The notes beneath the pieces are model-generated. The model made no database searches. It was not told the DNA's origin and worked only from the letters and a program-made list of their open reading frames with translations. This document shows positions 10,314-23,077 of a DNA stretch of 37,711 nt, piece after piece. This stretch comes from Octopus bimaculoides (Eukaryota). The translations under genes and the position numbers were made by a program. Every line of letters begins with the position of its first letter. Position 1 is the first letter of the stretch. The stretch lies in the NCBI RefSeq assembly GCF_001194135.2, contig NC_068983.1, positions 4,593,502 through 4,631,212 of the forward strand, written 5' to 3'.

Positions 10314-10976
10314 GTCAGTACATCGTTTTAATATCTTCTCGAAAGCTTCTCTTAATGCTTTATCCACCGTTTTTACTTTGCTGTTTGTTATACGTCTAAA
10401 TCTCTTCCCAGTACTCCGTCTGATGGGATGGCTACTCGCCCAGTTTGCCATTCCTATTAAATCATATTTTCCTTCTCACAACTTTATTTTTCTGTCCCGT
10501 TACACTTATTTATATTTATTATCATCCCCATGTAAATCCATCAATTAACACTCTAAGAGTCCTATTTCATTAGCATAGCATTATTTCGCTTTCTTTTTGC
10601 TGTATTCCTCTATTTTAAGCCCATCATTTTGATGTCATCTTTTCTTTTTTTGTTAAACCCACACCTAAAGCTATCTTAACAGGAAGGAACCCTGGAAAAT
10701 ATTATCTCCACAAAATAACTGCTCTAACTTATTACTCACTGATTCCTTTATTATGTCATAATTTATGAAAGGAATTAATATGCGAAAGATGTTAGCTTGC
10801 TATAATTATTATTATTATCATTCCATCCTAGTGAATCCAGCTATGTCAGTTTTAACTGCAAGATTTGTTTTTTCTCTTTTTAATATGAGAAAATTATATT
10901 CACAGAAATCTGAGGTGGAGGAGATAGTTTGATGCTATTTTAAACGATAATATATAAATTGTGTGTGTGTGTGCAT

Positions 10977-11012
<36 letters not shown>

Positions 11013-11882
11013 GTATATACACATATGTCTGTGTGTGTGTATACATATATCGAATAAGATTGTTTATTGTTGAGATGACAGCTTATGAGTATACAGTGGG
11101 TATGTATGTATGCGCAGACATTTATATATAATTGTGTGCATATATAGTTTTATGCCTTTTAGATGTCAGCTTATAAGTATAAAAGTAAGCCAGCTGTTTG
11201 TCACACTTCCGTTTGGGGTCAGGCCTTTTTATATCTTTGCATTCGTTGCATCTTGTACCCTGCCTTCATTTATCACGTGTAGAGGAAAAAAGAAAGTGCA
11301 ATGAGATATATATATATATACACGCACACATACATTAAGATTTGGCTGCGCTTGTTCTTTAAACATTGATAGTATTTCAGCTGAAGTCTTTCCCACTCCA
11401 GTCACCACATTCAACAAGCTGATTGTAAGTGGTCTGTCTTCAACAAACAACAATACCGAGGTTGCACCCAGAAAGTGGGTGGCTGGAAAATATTTATACT
11501 TTAAAAATAATTGATTTAAAGTCGGTTGTTTTATTTTGAAATTTGATAGGTTTTTTTTCTTTTTTTTTTTTCAGTAGGTCATCTCTGTATTACTCATTTT
11601 TGCATGATCAATTATAAATAACCGTTTTAAATAATAATAATAATAATAATAATAATAATCAGTGCTTTTAAGTTGGTAAATCATAGAAATATTTACAAAT
11701 TATTTGCTATTAAAATGATTATTAGATAACTTTGTTCTTCATCTTTTAATATCCATCTTTGGGGCTCATTGCTGTTGACAATTATTGTCTTTGCATTTAA
11801 ATGCTCGTGTGTGTATATATATATATATAATATATATATATAAAATATAGGTGGCTGATTCGCAATTTCACAACCCAAAGGC

Positions 11883-11937
<55 letters not shown>

Positions 11938-14020
11938 TACTTTATACCGTTAAAGACTCAGATATTTTCGATCCTGACCACTAGAAAATCTATTAAAATT
12001 CTCTAAAAGGGTGGTCTGTCATAGCTACTGCTCTTAATTCAGAAATATGCTTCAGAATCACTTAAGCTGCTCAATAAATACGTACTTAAGATTTATAGAT
12101 GTGTCGTTAAAATAAACAGTTTTAATGCTTACTCTATAAAAGCATAGTTTTTTTTTATCAAATTATTGATTTATTTTTGTTAATGCTTACCTGTGTTATT
12201 GTGTTTTTACCAGCTGTAATCATATTTTGCAGTAGTCCTGTTGCTTACAACCTGCAACATGGGATCTTCCGATATTGAACTGCGTAGTTCTAGCTTCAGT
12301 TTCTATCGTTTTATATTAAGATATCTCGATTAGATTCATTTATTAAAATGCTCCGTACAGTTTATTTATAAAAAACTAACAACGAAGAGGAAGAAAAAAA
12401 AAAAAGCAATCTTCATTCATTCTTGTCTTTTAGTAATTGTCATCGTTTCGCGTGTAAATTGTCTTCGAAATGTTCTAACATATGGTTTATTCATAAAATT
12501 GGCTGTTTTTTTTTTTTCCACATTCCATTCTTGAATTGGCACCATTGTCCAAATTTTCCCATTCTAAGTCAAATGTGATATTTAGCATGGAACGGTTTTG
12601 ATTTCCAGTTGTCAAAGTTCTCAATTTATAATTCAATTAACTTTAACTAATCAAAATATTTTGTTATTACTATGTTTGATGTCAAGCGTAACTAATTATT
12701 TTTCAGTTTTTTATTCCATGCCATACTGCAATGGTTTAAATTTTTCATTCATACATATGTGAAATTATATTAAATATAAACTTCTCTCTTTCTATGTGTC
12801 TTTGTGTGTGTATATATATAATTTATGATTATTTTTATATAAAACAAACAATAGTTCAATGATATAAAAAGTAAAGGTTGGGCATAGTGCTTTACCACAG
12901 GAATAAAAATGGTTTGTAAAGCATAATGGTTAAATTACATTTTTTGTAGATTAATGATCATGTCATTATGTTGTATGGACCTCTAATTAGAATGATTGTA
13001 TATGATAAGACAATCTTAGAAACGTTAATTATTGACAGAACATGGGCTAGATGCAGAGTTGGTTCAAGTAATCAAATTTTGAAATATTTGTATTGAGAAA
13101 TGTCTTGATGTATTTGATTCTTGTCAATTATTTGTGAGTATGAATGAGCACTTTTAATGGCAGTATATTAGCTTTTGGTCGAAATAATAATTTGCTCATT
13201 TGATGGAGGAGAGAGGAAAAAAGCCATTGGGTGCAACATACTGGAATTAAGTTAAAGATCATGGATTTTAATCATGGATTTCGAAGTGTGTTAGCAACAA
13301 TAAAAAAAAAAACCCAAAAGAACTTGAAATTCCACTAGATGAAGCCTAGCCACCTTTGTTAGGAATATAGTTTCTGTGTAATAAACATGTATTTTAATAT
13401 TTGTTGTGAATAATTAGATAGAAAAAAACTTGTTTGTTTGTTTTTTATGGAAGAAAATTACTTCCTAAAGAAAATAGAGGTAAACCATTTTGGGCTTGTT
13501 GTGAGAGAAATTAAAAACCTGTCATAATGTTTAATTATTGTAAAAGAGAAATCAGTTGACCTTCAGTAGTGAAATTATCTGCTGTTTGACCAGTTGTATT
13601 AAATGTCATCTGGCTGGTAAGGGAATACACTCAATCTCATCAACTTACTGTGAGTTTAACTCCATGTTAGTCGTATGAACTAAATGTCTTTATAGACAGG
13701 TTGGAATGAAGATATTTTAGTATTTTACTGACTGAATTATATACACGAACATGTTGGGTATTTTCTTAGCTGTAAAAATTATTTCTTTTATAGTTGGGGT
13801 AACTTTGGTAGAAAGAAGCCTGTGTGTGTAATTTTGCATGATAGTTAATGTCACTGTCGTACAGATTGTATGATTTCCAATATTCTGCAAAACCATGTCT
13901 GGGGAAGTATTACCTTCTTTAGAAACAAGTATGGGTTGGCAACAGGAAGAGCATCTGGCCAAAGAAAATCTGCCCCAATACTGCCATTTGGCCCCGGCAA
14001 GCATAGAAAAGAAGTGAACA

Positions 14021-14226
14021 TTAACCCTTTAGCATTCAAACCGGCCATATCCTGCCAAAATGTTCTACCTGTTTTATACTCAAATAGCTAAATCTGGCCC
14101 CTCTCACCAACCCTATAATATCATTCTAAAAATTAACCATTACTTCATCAAAATCTCAAAACTACGAGATAATAAAACAATGTGAATAAGCATTACTTTA
14201 GATGCAATTGAATGTGAAAGGCTTAA
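14021..14226. mobile_element. piggyBac-like MITE (TTAA-CCC...TTAA), copy 1
   Basis: ttaaccctttagcattc ... gaatgtgaaaggcttaa; same family as 26750, 28399 and 29802. Confidence 0.75.
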
Positions 14227-14544
14227 ATGATGATGAGAAATCACTTAAATTGTTTTGCTTTCAAATTTATCTTTTCATTGCCTTTCTTTTTGTGTTTTTT
14301 AATATAGTATTAGTCCAATAAATTGGGTTTATTGATGAAACCAGATACATCCAGGGTTTCTCTGTTATCCTTTAAATTGATCTCAGCTAGAAATAATCTG
14401 TATGTACATAAGATACTTTCAGATAAGGAAGTCTACACTGTCTGTTAGTGTGTTTTATTATCCAATGCTCAGAAATAGGGCTACTGAACCATGTTCGGGG
14501 CAGTTTTATGAAAGACAGATTTCCAAAATGATTGCAGATCTTAC

Positions 14545-14670
14545 TAGACGCAGTGTTAAATATTAATGGTACGATTGACGTTTCCATAGATACGTTAATG
14601 ATGTTAATGGATTTGGCCAGTGTTGACCGTATAGCATTACTTAAAGAGAAGACAATGTCGAAAAGGTGTT
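14545..14670. other. Non-repeat, CpG-retaining segment; candidate exon, strand unresolved
   Basis: Minus: acceptor ttgtcttctctttaag| (exon 14639-14545, 95 nt, NAIRSTLAKSINIINVSMETSIVPLIFNTAS) and donor |GTAAGA. Plus: ttgcag|ILLDAVLNINGTIDVSIDTLMMLMDLASVDRIALLKEK is also open. Confidence 0.3.
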
Positions 14671-15734
14671 GTCTGTTGTTTTCTCAAATGATCTTTTTAA
14701 ACTGAGAGTTATTGTGATCTCCATATTTGTATTTCTGACGAGGCATCGAAAGCCTATACTGTTTATGCATGCAATAACAAAGACAATCTTGTGTTACCCT
14801 AACTCTGGTGACCAAACCTGTCAACCAAAAGCAATTCAATTGTGACTATGCCCCACCTTTTTAAGGAGTGCCTGAGACTACATTATTTAATAACCTCCAC
14901 CCCTCCCTTTTTATTTTTTAAACAGTTGGGTGTTATTTGAGGGAAATTTGGTTACTCTTTCGTAAGTATAAAAATAATACAAATTCAAGATCTGCATCCT
15001 GCCTCTGCACTAGAACAATAGGCAACTAAAACTGTCTGACTACTTAGAAAATTGCTTCATAATCTCTGACATTTTCTCAGAGACACCCCACATTCCTTAT
15101 TTTTGTAGTGGAGTAAAAAATGTGAAAATGGCCTACACTATTACTTCCTCATTTGTTGGGCACACCCACTGTGCACACATAGGCTAGCAAGGGAGCCTAT
15201 GCTGGCAATAACAGCTGACTCTCCCTCATAGCACACCCTAATGTCTTATTAAAAAAAATGTTGGGTAATCTGATTCTAGATTTTTGGACTTAGGACAAAG
15301 ATGGAATGGTCATGGCTGGACTGCCTTTTAATCATAGGTCTGATCAACAACTACCCATGCATCTATGCCCCAGCTGTTTGATATATATACAAACATTTTC
15401 TTTATAACTTTCTGTCAAACTATATTCTTCCTTTATTTCTTCAATCTCAGATGCGATGGCTCCAAGTTCTTCAGTTATCACTTTTATTGTATCTTGTGCC
15501 CTCCTTGCTCAACGTTTCCCATTTCCTTCACAGCTTATCTCTCTTTCAATTACCCCCAATTCTCTTAACTGAAATTGTATGAAAATGATAAAGGCACTTG
15601 TCTATCTCTTTAACAAATACCATGTAATTCAAAATGGTGTTACTTTTGGACTTCATCTATTTCTTTGACACCACATTCTGAATGGCTTGTTTCAGCTGGG
15701 ATAATATGCATTCATCTCTATCTTGACATTGCAT

Positions 15735-16430
15735 CATCATCATTATCATCATCATCGTTTAACGTCCGCTTTCCATGCTAGCATGGGTTGGACGATTTGA
15801 CTGAGGACTGGTGAACCAGATGGCTGCACCAGGCTCCAATCTGATCTGACAGAGTTTCTACAGCTGGATGCCCTTCCTAACACCAACCACTCCGAGAGTG
15901 TAGTGGGTGCTTTTCACATTCCACCTGCACAAGGGCCAGTCAGGCGGTACTGGCAACAGCCACGTTCAAATGGTGTTTTTTGTGCCACCTGCACAGGAGC
16001 CAGTCCAGCTGCACTGGCAATGACTTCGCTCGAATGTTTTTTCACGTGCCAGTAAGGTGACACTGGTAACGATCATGCTCGAATGGTGCTATTTACGTGC
16101 CACTGGCATAGAAGCCAGACAGCTGCTCTGGCAATGATGACACTCGGATGGTGTTGTTAGCGCTCCACTGGCACAGGTGCCAGTCATCGAATTTGGTTCA
16201 ATTACGATTTTGATTTCACTTACCCCAACAGGTCTTCGCAAGCAGAGTTTAGTGTCCAATGAAGGAAGGTTAGCATGGGTGCCAGTCATACAAACGATGT
16301 CCTTCGTTTCCAAGCTTACATGTCTGGTCATAGGAAGTATAACTTGGAAGCAAGCCGGGGTTGGTGACAGGAAGGGCATCCAGCTGTCAAAAAATCTACT
16401 TCCGTGAATTCAGTCTGACCTATGTGAAAA
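15735..16430 (-). mobile_element. RTE-tail repeats (family B): young copy plus extended SINE-like segment
   Basis: (CAT)n then cgtttaacgtccgctttccatgc...gctggatgcccttcctaacaccaaccactccgagagtg; same tail as the LINE at 1565-1860. Confidence 0.85.
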
Positions 16431-16624
16431 TGGAGAAGTGAACATTAAAATTATGATGATGCTTGGAATTCATTTTAAAATTTAGGCATATAACATATGA
16501 AGTATTAAGATATTTATGTTGCTTGGTCCTGGATAGTCTCTAGTTTAGAGACTATTTAGGACTTGTTATCTACTGTCATCAAACATATTTCTGATAACTG
16601 AATTTAGGTTGTTCCAATTCATTT

Positions 16625-16990
16625 AACATCCACTTTTCCATGCGTGTTAGAATTTGTTGAGGCAGATTTTCTATAGCTGGATGCCCTTCCTGTCACCAAC
16701 AATCACTTGTTTCCAAATAAGGCCATATTTCTCACGACCAGACGTGTTTTCTGCTGAAGGCTGAAAACGAATGTTTATTTGACAGTGATGCTCACTCATT
16801 ACCATCATGTGATGTCCACACAAACACAAATATATATGACAGGCTTCTTTCAGTTTCTGCCTATCAAATGCACTCACAAGTTTTTGGTCAGCCTGTGACT
16901 ATAGTAGAAGGCACTTGTAAGGTTCCACACATTGGGACTGACCCAATGACTACAGAGTTAAGAAAGCTTCTCAATTACATAACCAAGTCT
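16625..16990 (-). mobile_element. Composite SINE (family A head, RTE-type tail)
   Basis: gctggatgcccttcctgtcaccaac at 16677 and ggcttctttcagtttc...gggactgacc at 16840-16945. Confidence 0.7.
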
Positions 16991-17129
16991 ACACCTTCAA
17001 GTTTGTTTGAGATATATCGTGCATGACCTTCAGAAATGGTAAAATATTGGAAGAAAGATTAGAGAATAGATTGTAAGCATTTTATCAAACAACCAACGTT
17101 CTACATTAACTCTTCTGCTTAGGTATGGC

Positions 17130-17280
17130 TACTTAAGTAGTTCACTTTGCAGCCACAAGATTTCAAGTTCAGTCTCACTGTGTGGCACCTAGGGAAAATA
17201 TCTTCTATAGTTGAGGCTGACCAAAAACTTGTGTGGAATAGGTTAACGGAAACTGAAAGAAACCCATCACATGCATGTGT
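17130..17280 (+). mobile_element. SINE family A head fragment
   Basis: ttcaagttcagtctcactgtgtggcacc...ggaaactgaaagaaaccc. Confidence 0.7.
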
Positions 17281-18099
17281 TTATTTAGATTTGTGCCTCC
17301 TCAAATGTTGCTGAGTAACGAATGGCAGTGTCTTCATTTCTCCTTTCAACAAATCATCTACTGATCTTGCACCTTGGGGTATGAGACCCCTAATCTAAAA
17401 ATCATATAACAGTAACTGATTGGGCATCTGATTGTAAAACAAAAGCTTCAATGTATTTGTCTATCCCTCAGAAAAGCAAATATAGGATCTCAATAACCCC
17501 TCTTGAAACACCAACCAGATCTATTTGTAGAAAATACAGACTTTTAGATTATAAGATATTCTAATTATATACACATACAAATATGTTGATGTTAAATAAA
17601 AGTACATAATGCATTGTTGTAACCTAAGGTCAGATCTAACCAGCAGATAGCCAGCCAAGTGATTAGACATGACCCCCTAAATCTATTATTCCAGTGATAC
17701 TGTGTCTCTTTCTTGCAGAATATCATATTGCACACTTTGGCACATAGTGTAAATACTGCTCTCCACTCTTTTCTGAATACTTTGAGAGTGAAATAGTTGA
17801 CTCAGTGTGCAGCAGTTGCCATTCCTTTGCATCTGCTATTGAGTAATAGACATGCTATTGTTGTCTCTCCTGACATCTCTGTCCCATTTGTACTACTAAT
17901 TCTACCGCCCCCCCCCCAATTTTCTGTCTTGTCTCTCTTCCATCTCCCTCCCCTTCCTTGTCCTAGATTGCCAAGTATCTCCCCTGTAATAAGACAGCTA
18001 TTCTTGTCCCAGGATCATACTCTAGCTTCTAGCCTAGCACACAGCCACCTCCATCAGTTCCTCTCCCTCTCTCAGCTCAGTCATTCTTATCTTGAGGCT

Positions 18100-18300
18100 T
18101 GGTGACCCCCTCAGATGCTGGTGCTGTGTAAAAAGCACCCAGTGCACTGTAAATTGTTGGCACCAAGAAGGACATCAACTTGTAGAAACCATGCTAAACC
18201 AGACAACTGGAACCTGGGGCAGTCCCCCAGCTTGCCAGCTCCGGTCAAGCTGTCCAACCCATGCCAGCATGGAAACAGTGACATTAAACGATGACAATTA
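18100..18300 (+). mobile_element. RTE 3' tail repeat (family B)
   Basis: aaaagcacccagtgcac...ccatgccagcatggaaacagtgacattaaacgatgac. Confidence 0.75.
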
Positions 18301-18554
18301 ACCCATCAACTGTATTTGAGATGGAGGTTGCAGTAGGGACAGGAATAGATGTTTTACTATAGAGGAGATCCATGGTTGTCTCAGTTGGAAAGAGATAAAG
18401 ATGGGAGTGATGAAGTGTCAGGATGTGTACCCTCTAGAGATATTTTCCATATTTCAGACTTTCTCATCAAAGTAATATCATCCAGTGTTTGAAATCCAGA
18501 TTTTGCCCCCATTAACAGGGGTGGCTGAATCTACCTCAGTGCTATAGCAACTGC

Positions 18555-18860
18555 CTTTGCATCATCTCGCCAGGTTTTGGGCATCCTCCTTTCTCAAGCC
18601 AACCCTCCCTATCTCCTCCCCCACCTGTCCCCTCCATTTTTTCCTCGGTCTACCTCGCTTTCACAGTTCATCACAAACACAAGCACCCTCTTCAGAACAT
18701 GCTCCTCACCCTCCTCAACACATGCTCCTCACCCTCCTCAACACATGCCCATACCACTGCACTCCATTTGCCCTTGCCAGCCATTCCAGCATTCCCATCA
18801 AGTCCTCAGTCCTCCTCTTATCAAACAGTCTCACCCCACACATTTCTCTCACCACGAATG
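18555..18860 (-). mobile_element. 3' fragment of a second RTE-type LINE family, with an internal 23-bp tandem duplication
   Basis: Minus-strand translation with shifts resembles ...GVQWYGHVLRR...HVLKRVL...RGRPRKKW...RKEDA; catgctcctcaccctcctcaaca x2 at ~18698-18743. Confidence 0.65.
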
Positions 18861-21031
18861 AAGCTAGTGACCCTTGATCATTAAGTATAGGACCCAGGTA
18901 TGGGTGTGTGGTTCAGTTCTCACTGCATCACTTTGGAGAAGTGTCATCTAGTGTAGCTTGGGGTTGACCAAACCCTTGAAATATAGAAACCAGTCAGTGT
19001 TGACCCTTTGTGTTCTTGATTGTTCAGCTTTAATGCCACCCCCTGGTCCTAATTTTCTTTTAACAGAGTCCATTCTCTGTTGCAAGCATTTAGGCCAGGT
19101 CTCTTGCTACTCGTCTCAAAGATTCCAGATTAAAACAAATACATTAGCAAGGATGTGCATATATTGTGGACTGATTGCTAAAAGGTGCAGATGTGCATAG
19201 AACAATGTGCTGGTTTCCCCCTTAACTCCCTGTTTCTCTTTTTCTCCCATCCATCATGGTTCTTCCTCTCTCATCACTCTTTTTCTTCACTTGTGTTATA
19301 TTCAAACATTGCTCTCTCTTTCTCTCTCTCTCTCTCTCTCCTTTTAAACTTACATATGTCTCAGTGTTGAGTACCCTTGTCATGTGTTCCCTTCTACTGC
19401 CCCGTACCTTGCTACAACTCTCCGGTCTTTTCACTGTCATGTGACTAAGGAACGCACTGGATTTCTCTTCACTGCACCATGCTCCCAGTGTAACTAGGGA
19501 TATCTCTAGCCTATTCTGGTCCTCTCACCTCTCCAACATTTTCTCTTCCCTCTCATCTCCTACTCATCTCAAGGCATATCTACCATTACTCCCCCTATAC
19601 TACCCCTTCCCTGCTTATATCTTTCTGGCTGATATTGCCTTACACAAGTTCAAGGGGAACATGAATGGCATAAATCCCACTGGTCTGAGAGGGCCTGTGA
19701 AGACCAGGGACACTGCCTCATTCTCTAAAACCAACAAATAAAAAAATTATAATATTCGAGATGGTCAATGAAAAGGCATAGATTTTACATGGAATGATCT
19801 TTTAGATTTTTTTTAATTTTTAAAAATTTCAGCTCTTCAATAATGAAACCTTGACTAATCAAATGTAATTATGTGACAACTGATTGTCAAGGAGATGAAA
19901 TTCCAATATTTCCTTTGGACTTCTTTTACATTAGTCTCCTCATCTTTTGCTTCCATGTTCCATGCTGTCATGGGTTGGATGCTTTGACATGATCCAATGA
20001 GTCTAAGGGCTGCATTATACTCCACTGCCAACTTTGGAACAGTTTCTACAGCTTGAAGCTTTTCCTGTCAAACCCTCAACAGCATGTGCTGGGTGTTTTT
20101 TTTTTTCTTTTCTTTTTATGTGTGTTAGGGGCTTGCAAGACTGAATCGCATGTGGTGGCTTTATACTAGGAGATTAGTGCTTAAAGTAAAAGAAAGGACC
20201 AAGGAAGAATGGGTCTCTTGTCTTAGACTACATAGCAACTAGAAGACAGGGTGGGAATTGATCAGAATGGAGCTGGAAAGTGATTTTTAAAAAAAAAGTG
20301 GTGATAGAGTGTGGTCACTCAAAGTATGTGGATAGATGAACTGGGAGTAAGGATGGATAGAGATTATGTGATAGTAGAGGAAAATGAGAGATGGGAATGG
20401 GTGAGGTGGTGAATGAGTTTGTAAATTTTAAAAATTTTGCTGTTATGTGTATGTATATATAATCTGTGGAAAGATCTATTAACTAGAATTAATAAATGAT
20501 GTTTGTTTTCAAAGAATCTCTAACATTTTGAAAGGTTAAAGAATATAGACCTTAGTTTCCAATATTGCCAGTTTATGAACTTTGAATTTTCTTGTGCTTT
20601 TTAATAATAGTTAACCATTTTTAACAGTATTTGAAGATGGTGTTGCAGTAATGTGATCTAGAATGAAATTTAATCTTCTGTTAGAACTGCTGATATTTTA
20701 GTGTTTGTTATCTAGGTCCCAGAAGATAGACAGATGGTACGCAAAGCTTTCATAGTTTCAGTTATGAAAGAATTGTGTCTCAAACTGTAGAATAATCTTA
20801 TCTCTATTTGTATTAGGGTTTTGGAGCTTTTCTGCCTCCCTTTTAAAAGAGAAGTTACAATTTAGTGAATCTAATTTTTACCAGCAGTTCAGTCATGTCT
20901 CCAACAAAAATTCCATTGTGGAGAGGAGGCGTGGGGACAGACGATAGGAATATATTTATACTTTAGGAAGTGTTGTGTTCACAATAATCTCTGTTTCAAT
21001 ATAAACTGAACAACAGTTTCTCTGTGTTCAG

Positions 21032-21080
21032 GCTGAACAGCCATGAAAGATAATCTCTGTGTTTGCATTTCCTTCCCAAT
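21032..21080 (+). other. Candidate short exon, possibly containing a start codon (ATG 21043, MKDNLCVCISFP)
   Basis: Acceptor tttctctgtgttcag| and donor |GTAAGT. No homology recognised. Confidence 0.3.
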
Positions 21081-21209
21081 GTAAGTGGAAAACAAGCCAT
21101 ATTAATATATGTAATTATGAAGATGTCCGGCTTTTGTAGGCAGGATTAAAATCCATGTAGGATGGCTTGTTACATATCTGAAATGATCTTTAAATTAAAT
21201 ATTGGTTTC

Positions 21210-21495
21210 AAATTTTAGCCCAAGGCCACCAATTTCAGGGGAGGACATAAGTACCAGCTGAGCACTGGGGTTGATTTAATTGACTTATTCAACCCCAGTG
21301 CTCAGCTGGTANNNNNNNNNNNNNNNNNNNNNNNNNNNNNNNNNNNNNNNNNNNNNNNNNNNNNNNNNNNNNNAAAAAAAAAAAGATGAAAGGCAAAGTC
21401 AACTTCGGCAGAATTTGAACTCAGAACATCAAGATGGATGAACTCTGCTAAGCATTTTGCCTGGTGTGATAACGATTCTGCCAGCTTACCATCTT
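21210..21495 (-). mobile_element. tRNA-derived SINE family E (spans gap)
   Basis: gatgaaaggcaaagtcaacttcggcagaatttgaactcagaac (reverse-complement box B). Other copies at ~8065-8150, 25662-25787 and 34170-34270. Confidence 0.7.
21312..21373. other. Assembly gap
   Basis: N run. Confidence 0.99.
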
Positions 21496-21649
21496 CAACA
21501 ACCTTTTAAATTCAACATGAAGCTTAAATTATGCTGATAAGGAAATAATTTTATTCTCAAACACAGGATAACACTAATAATATAGCATGAACAGGATAAA
21601 CTACCCATATGCTTATATGACTGTGACTCAATCAAGGAGACGCATGCAT

Positions 21650-21805
21650 GCGATAGACTTTTCTCACTTTCTGTCTACCAAATCCATTCACAAGGCTTTG
21701 GTTGGCCTGGGCTATAATAGAAGACACTTGTCCAAGATACCACACAGTTGGGACTGAACCCCAAACCATATGGTTGGGAAGCAAATTTGTTATCTACACA
21801 GCCAA
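21650..21805 (-). mobile_element. SINE family A head, CpG-decayed
   Basis: ttctgtctaccaaatccattcacaaggctttggttggcc...gggactgaaccc...acacagcc. Confidence 0.85.
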
Positions 21806-23005
21806 AGGATCTTAGTGTAAAGCAAGCCTGAAAAATGAAATTAACATCCCGCGATATTTATTTGGTGTTGGGGAAAGGAAAATCTTGGCTGACTTCAAAA
21901 TTAATACTTCGTTCATTTCTTTTTTCTTTTGTTTTTATGTTCATTTTTCCATGCTTGCATGGGTTAGATGAATATGTTATTGAAGCATATTTTGAAAGCA
22001 AGATTGAGCCTATACTCAGTCTCAGGAAAGAGTGAGAGATTCAAGATAAGAAAGATGTCTTCGTCTCTTTTGAAAGTGATAGACCAGTTCTTATTATTCT
22101 TGATTAGGGTAGTGGTTTGTATTGATTGGGGTTCAAGTACTTGCAGAGAGAGAAAGGATGACGACTTGGTATATGCACGATGTACCATGCAATTAATAAA
22201 AGATGCACTCAGTACCTTCTGTGAGGTGGTTGGGATTAGGAAGGGCATCCAGCCACAGAGATCATGTCAAAGCAGATATTGGAACTCAGTACACTCCTCT
22301 GACACATTGGATCCTGTCAAACTGTCCAACTTCTGGCAGTATGGAATGCAGGTGTTTAATAAAGATGTGTAAATCATCTGAATGTGATTTCTGTGTGGGA
22401 TGTGGAAAACTGCCTAGTGGAGGTAATTTTAATTCTTTGCTGTCTCTAACAGATTAAGAGTGGATCACACATACATGGGACGTAGTTAATTGTTTATCAA
22501 TTGGTAAAAACATTTTTTACTCACAAAATTTGTTTTTCCATAGAAGTTTTAAAAATACCACTCAATATTTTTTTATCTTTTGACAAATATTTTAGTTTTC
22601 TTAATTCCTCTCTTTTTATATAAGTCTTTGTATTTATCTTTGCATACTTTCTACATAAGCATATACTGTATTTGATGGCATATTAGATGTTCCCCTCCCA
22701 CCAAAAAAGACCCAATTTGTTATCCCAGGTTCATAACCTGATTTTGTCTCCGATGTTCACTTTTTGCTGAATATATCCTGTTGAAATTGGAGTGTATTTT
22801 ATGCCATGAAGTGCAGTATATATGCTTTGTACATAATGCAAAGACAATTACATTGTATGTCTTATATTTAGTCTTGAATTGTCTATGACCACTTGGATTC
22901 TCAACAGCCTTGCGCATCAACCTCACTCACTCTAAATACCTAAGTGGGATTAAATGATTCACTGACTTGTTGAGTTCAGTTTTTCTTAGCAGAAAACTTA
23001 CTTAC

Positions 23006-23077
23006 AATGCACTGACATTCGTTGTTGTGTAAAACGTCTCCTATACATGATGCTATGGAAATCGCAAGGACATTGTT
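23006..23077 (-). other. Candidate 72-nt exon (minus); product unknown
   Basis: Acceptor tctttataattcag|, donor |GTAAGT; two open frames (NNVLAISIASCIGDVLHNNECQCI or xQCPCDFHSIMYRRRFTQQRMSVH); three CpGs retained in CpG-poor surroundings. Confidence 0.35.

Noticed and set aside
10174-10548. 124-aa ORF as a complete CDS
   Set aside because: The 3' two-thirds is T-rich, intron-like sequence; only 10237-10313 is kept as a candidate exon.
12191-12300. Minus-strand exon ending CAG|GTAAGC
   Set aside because: No acceptor or frame consistent with other candidates; a similar motif repeated at ~12125 suggests chance.
14480-14620. Penelope RT remnant (FYERQISK...RFHRYVNDV)
   Set aside because: Only a vague resemblance to the YVDD motif, several stops and no other RT motifs.
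22720-22926. 68-aa minus ORF as the exon following 23006
   Set aside because: In-frame stop just upstream, no usable pyrimidine-rich acceptor, and joins from the 72-nt exon hit stops.
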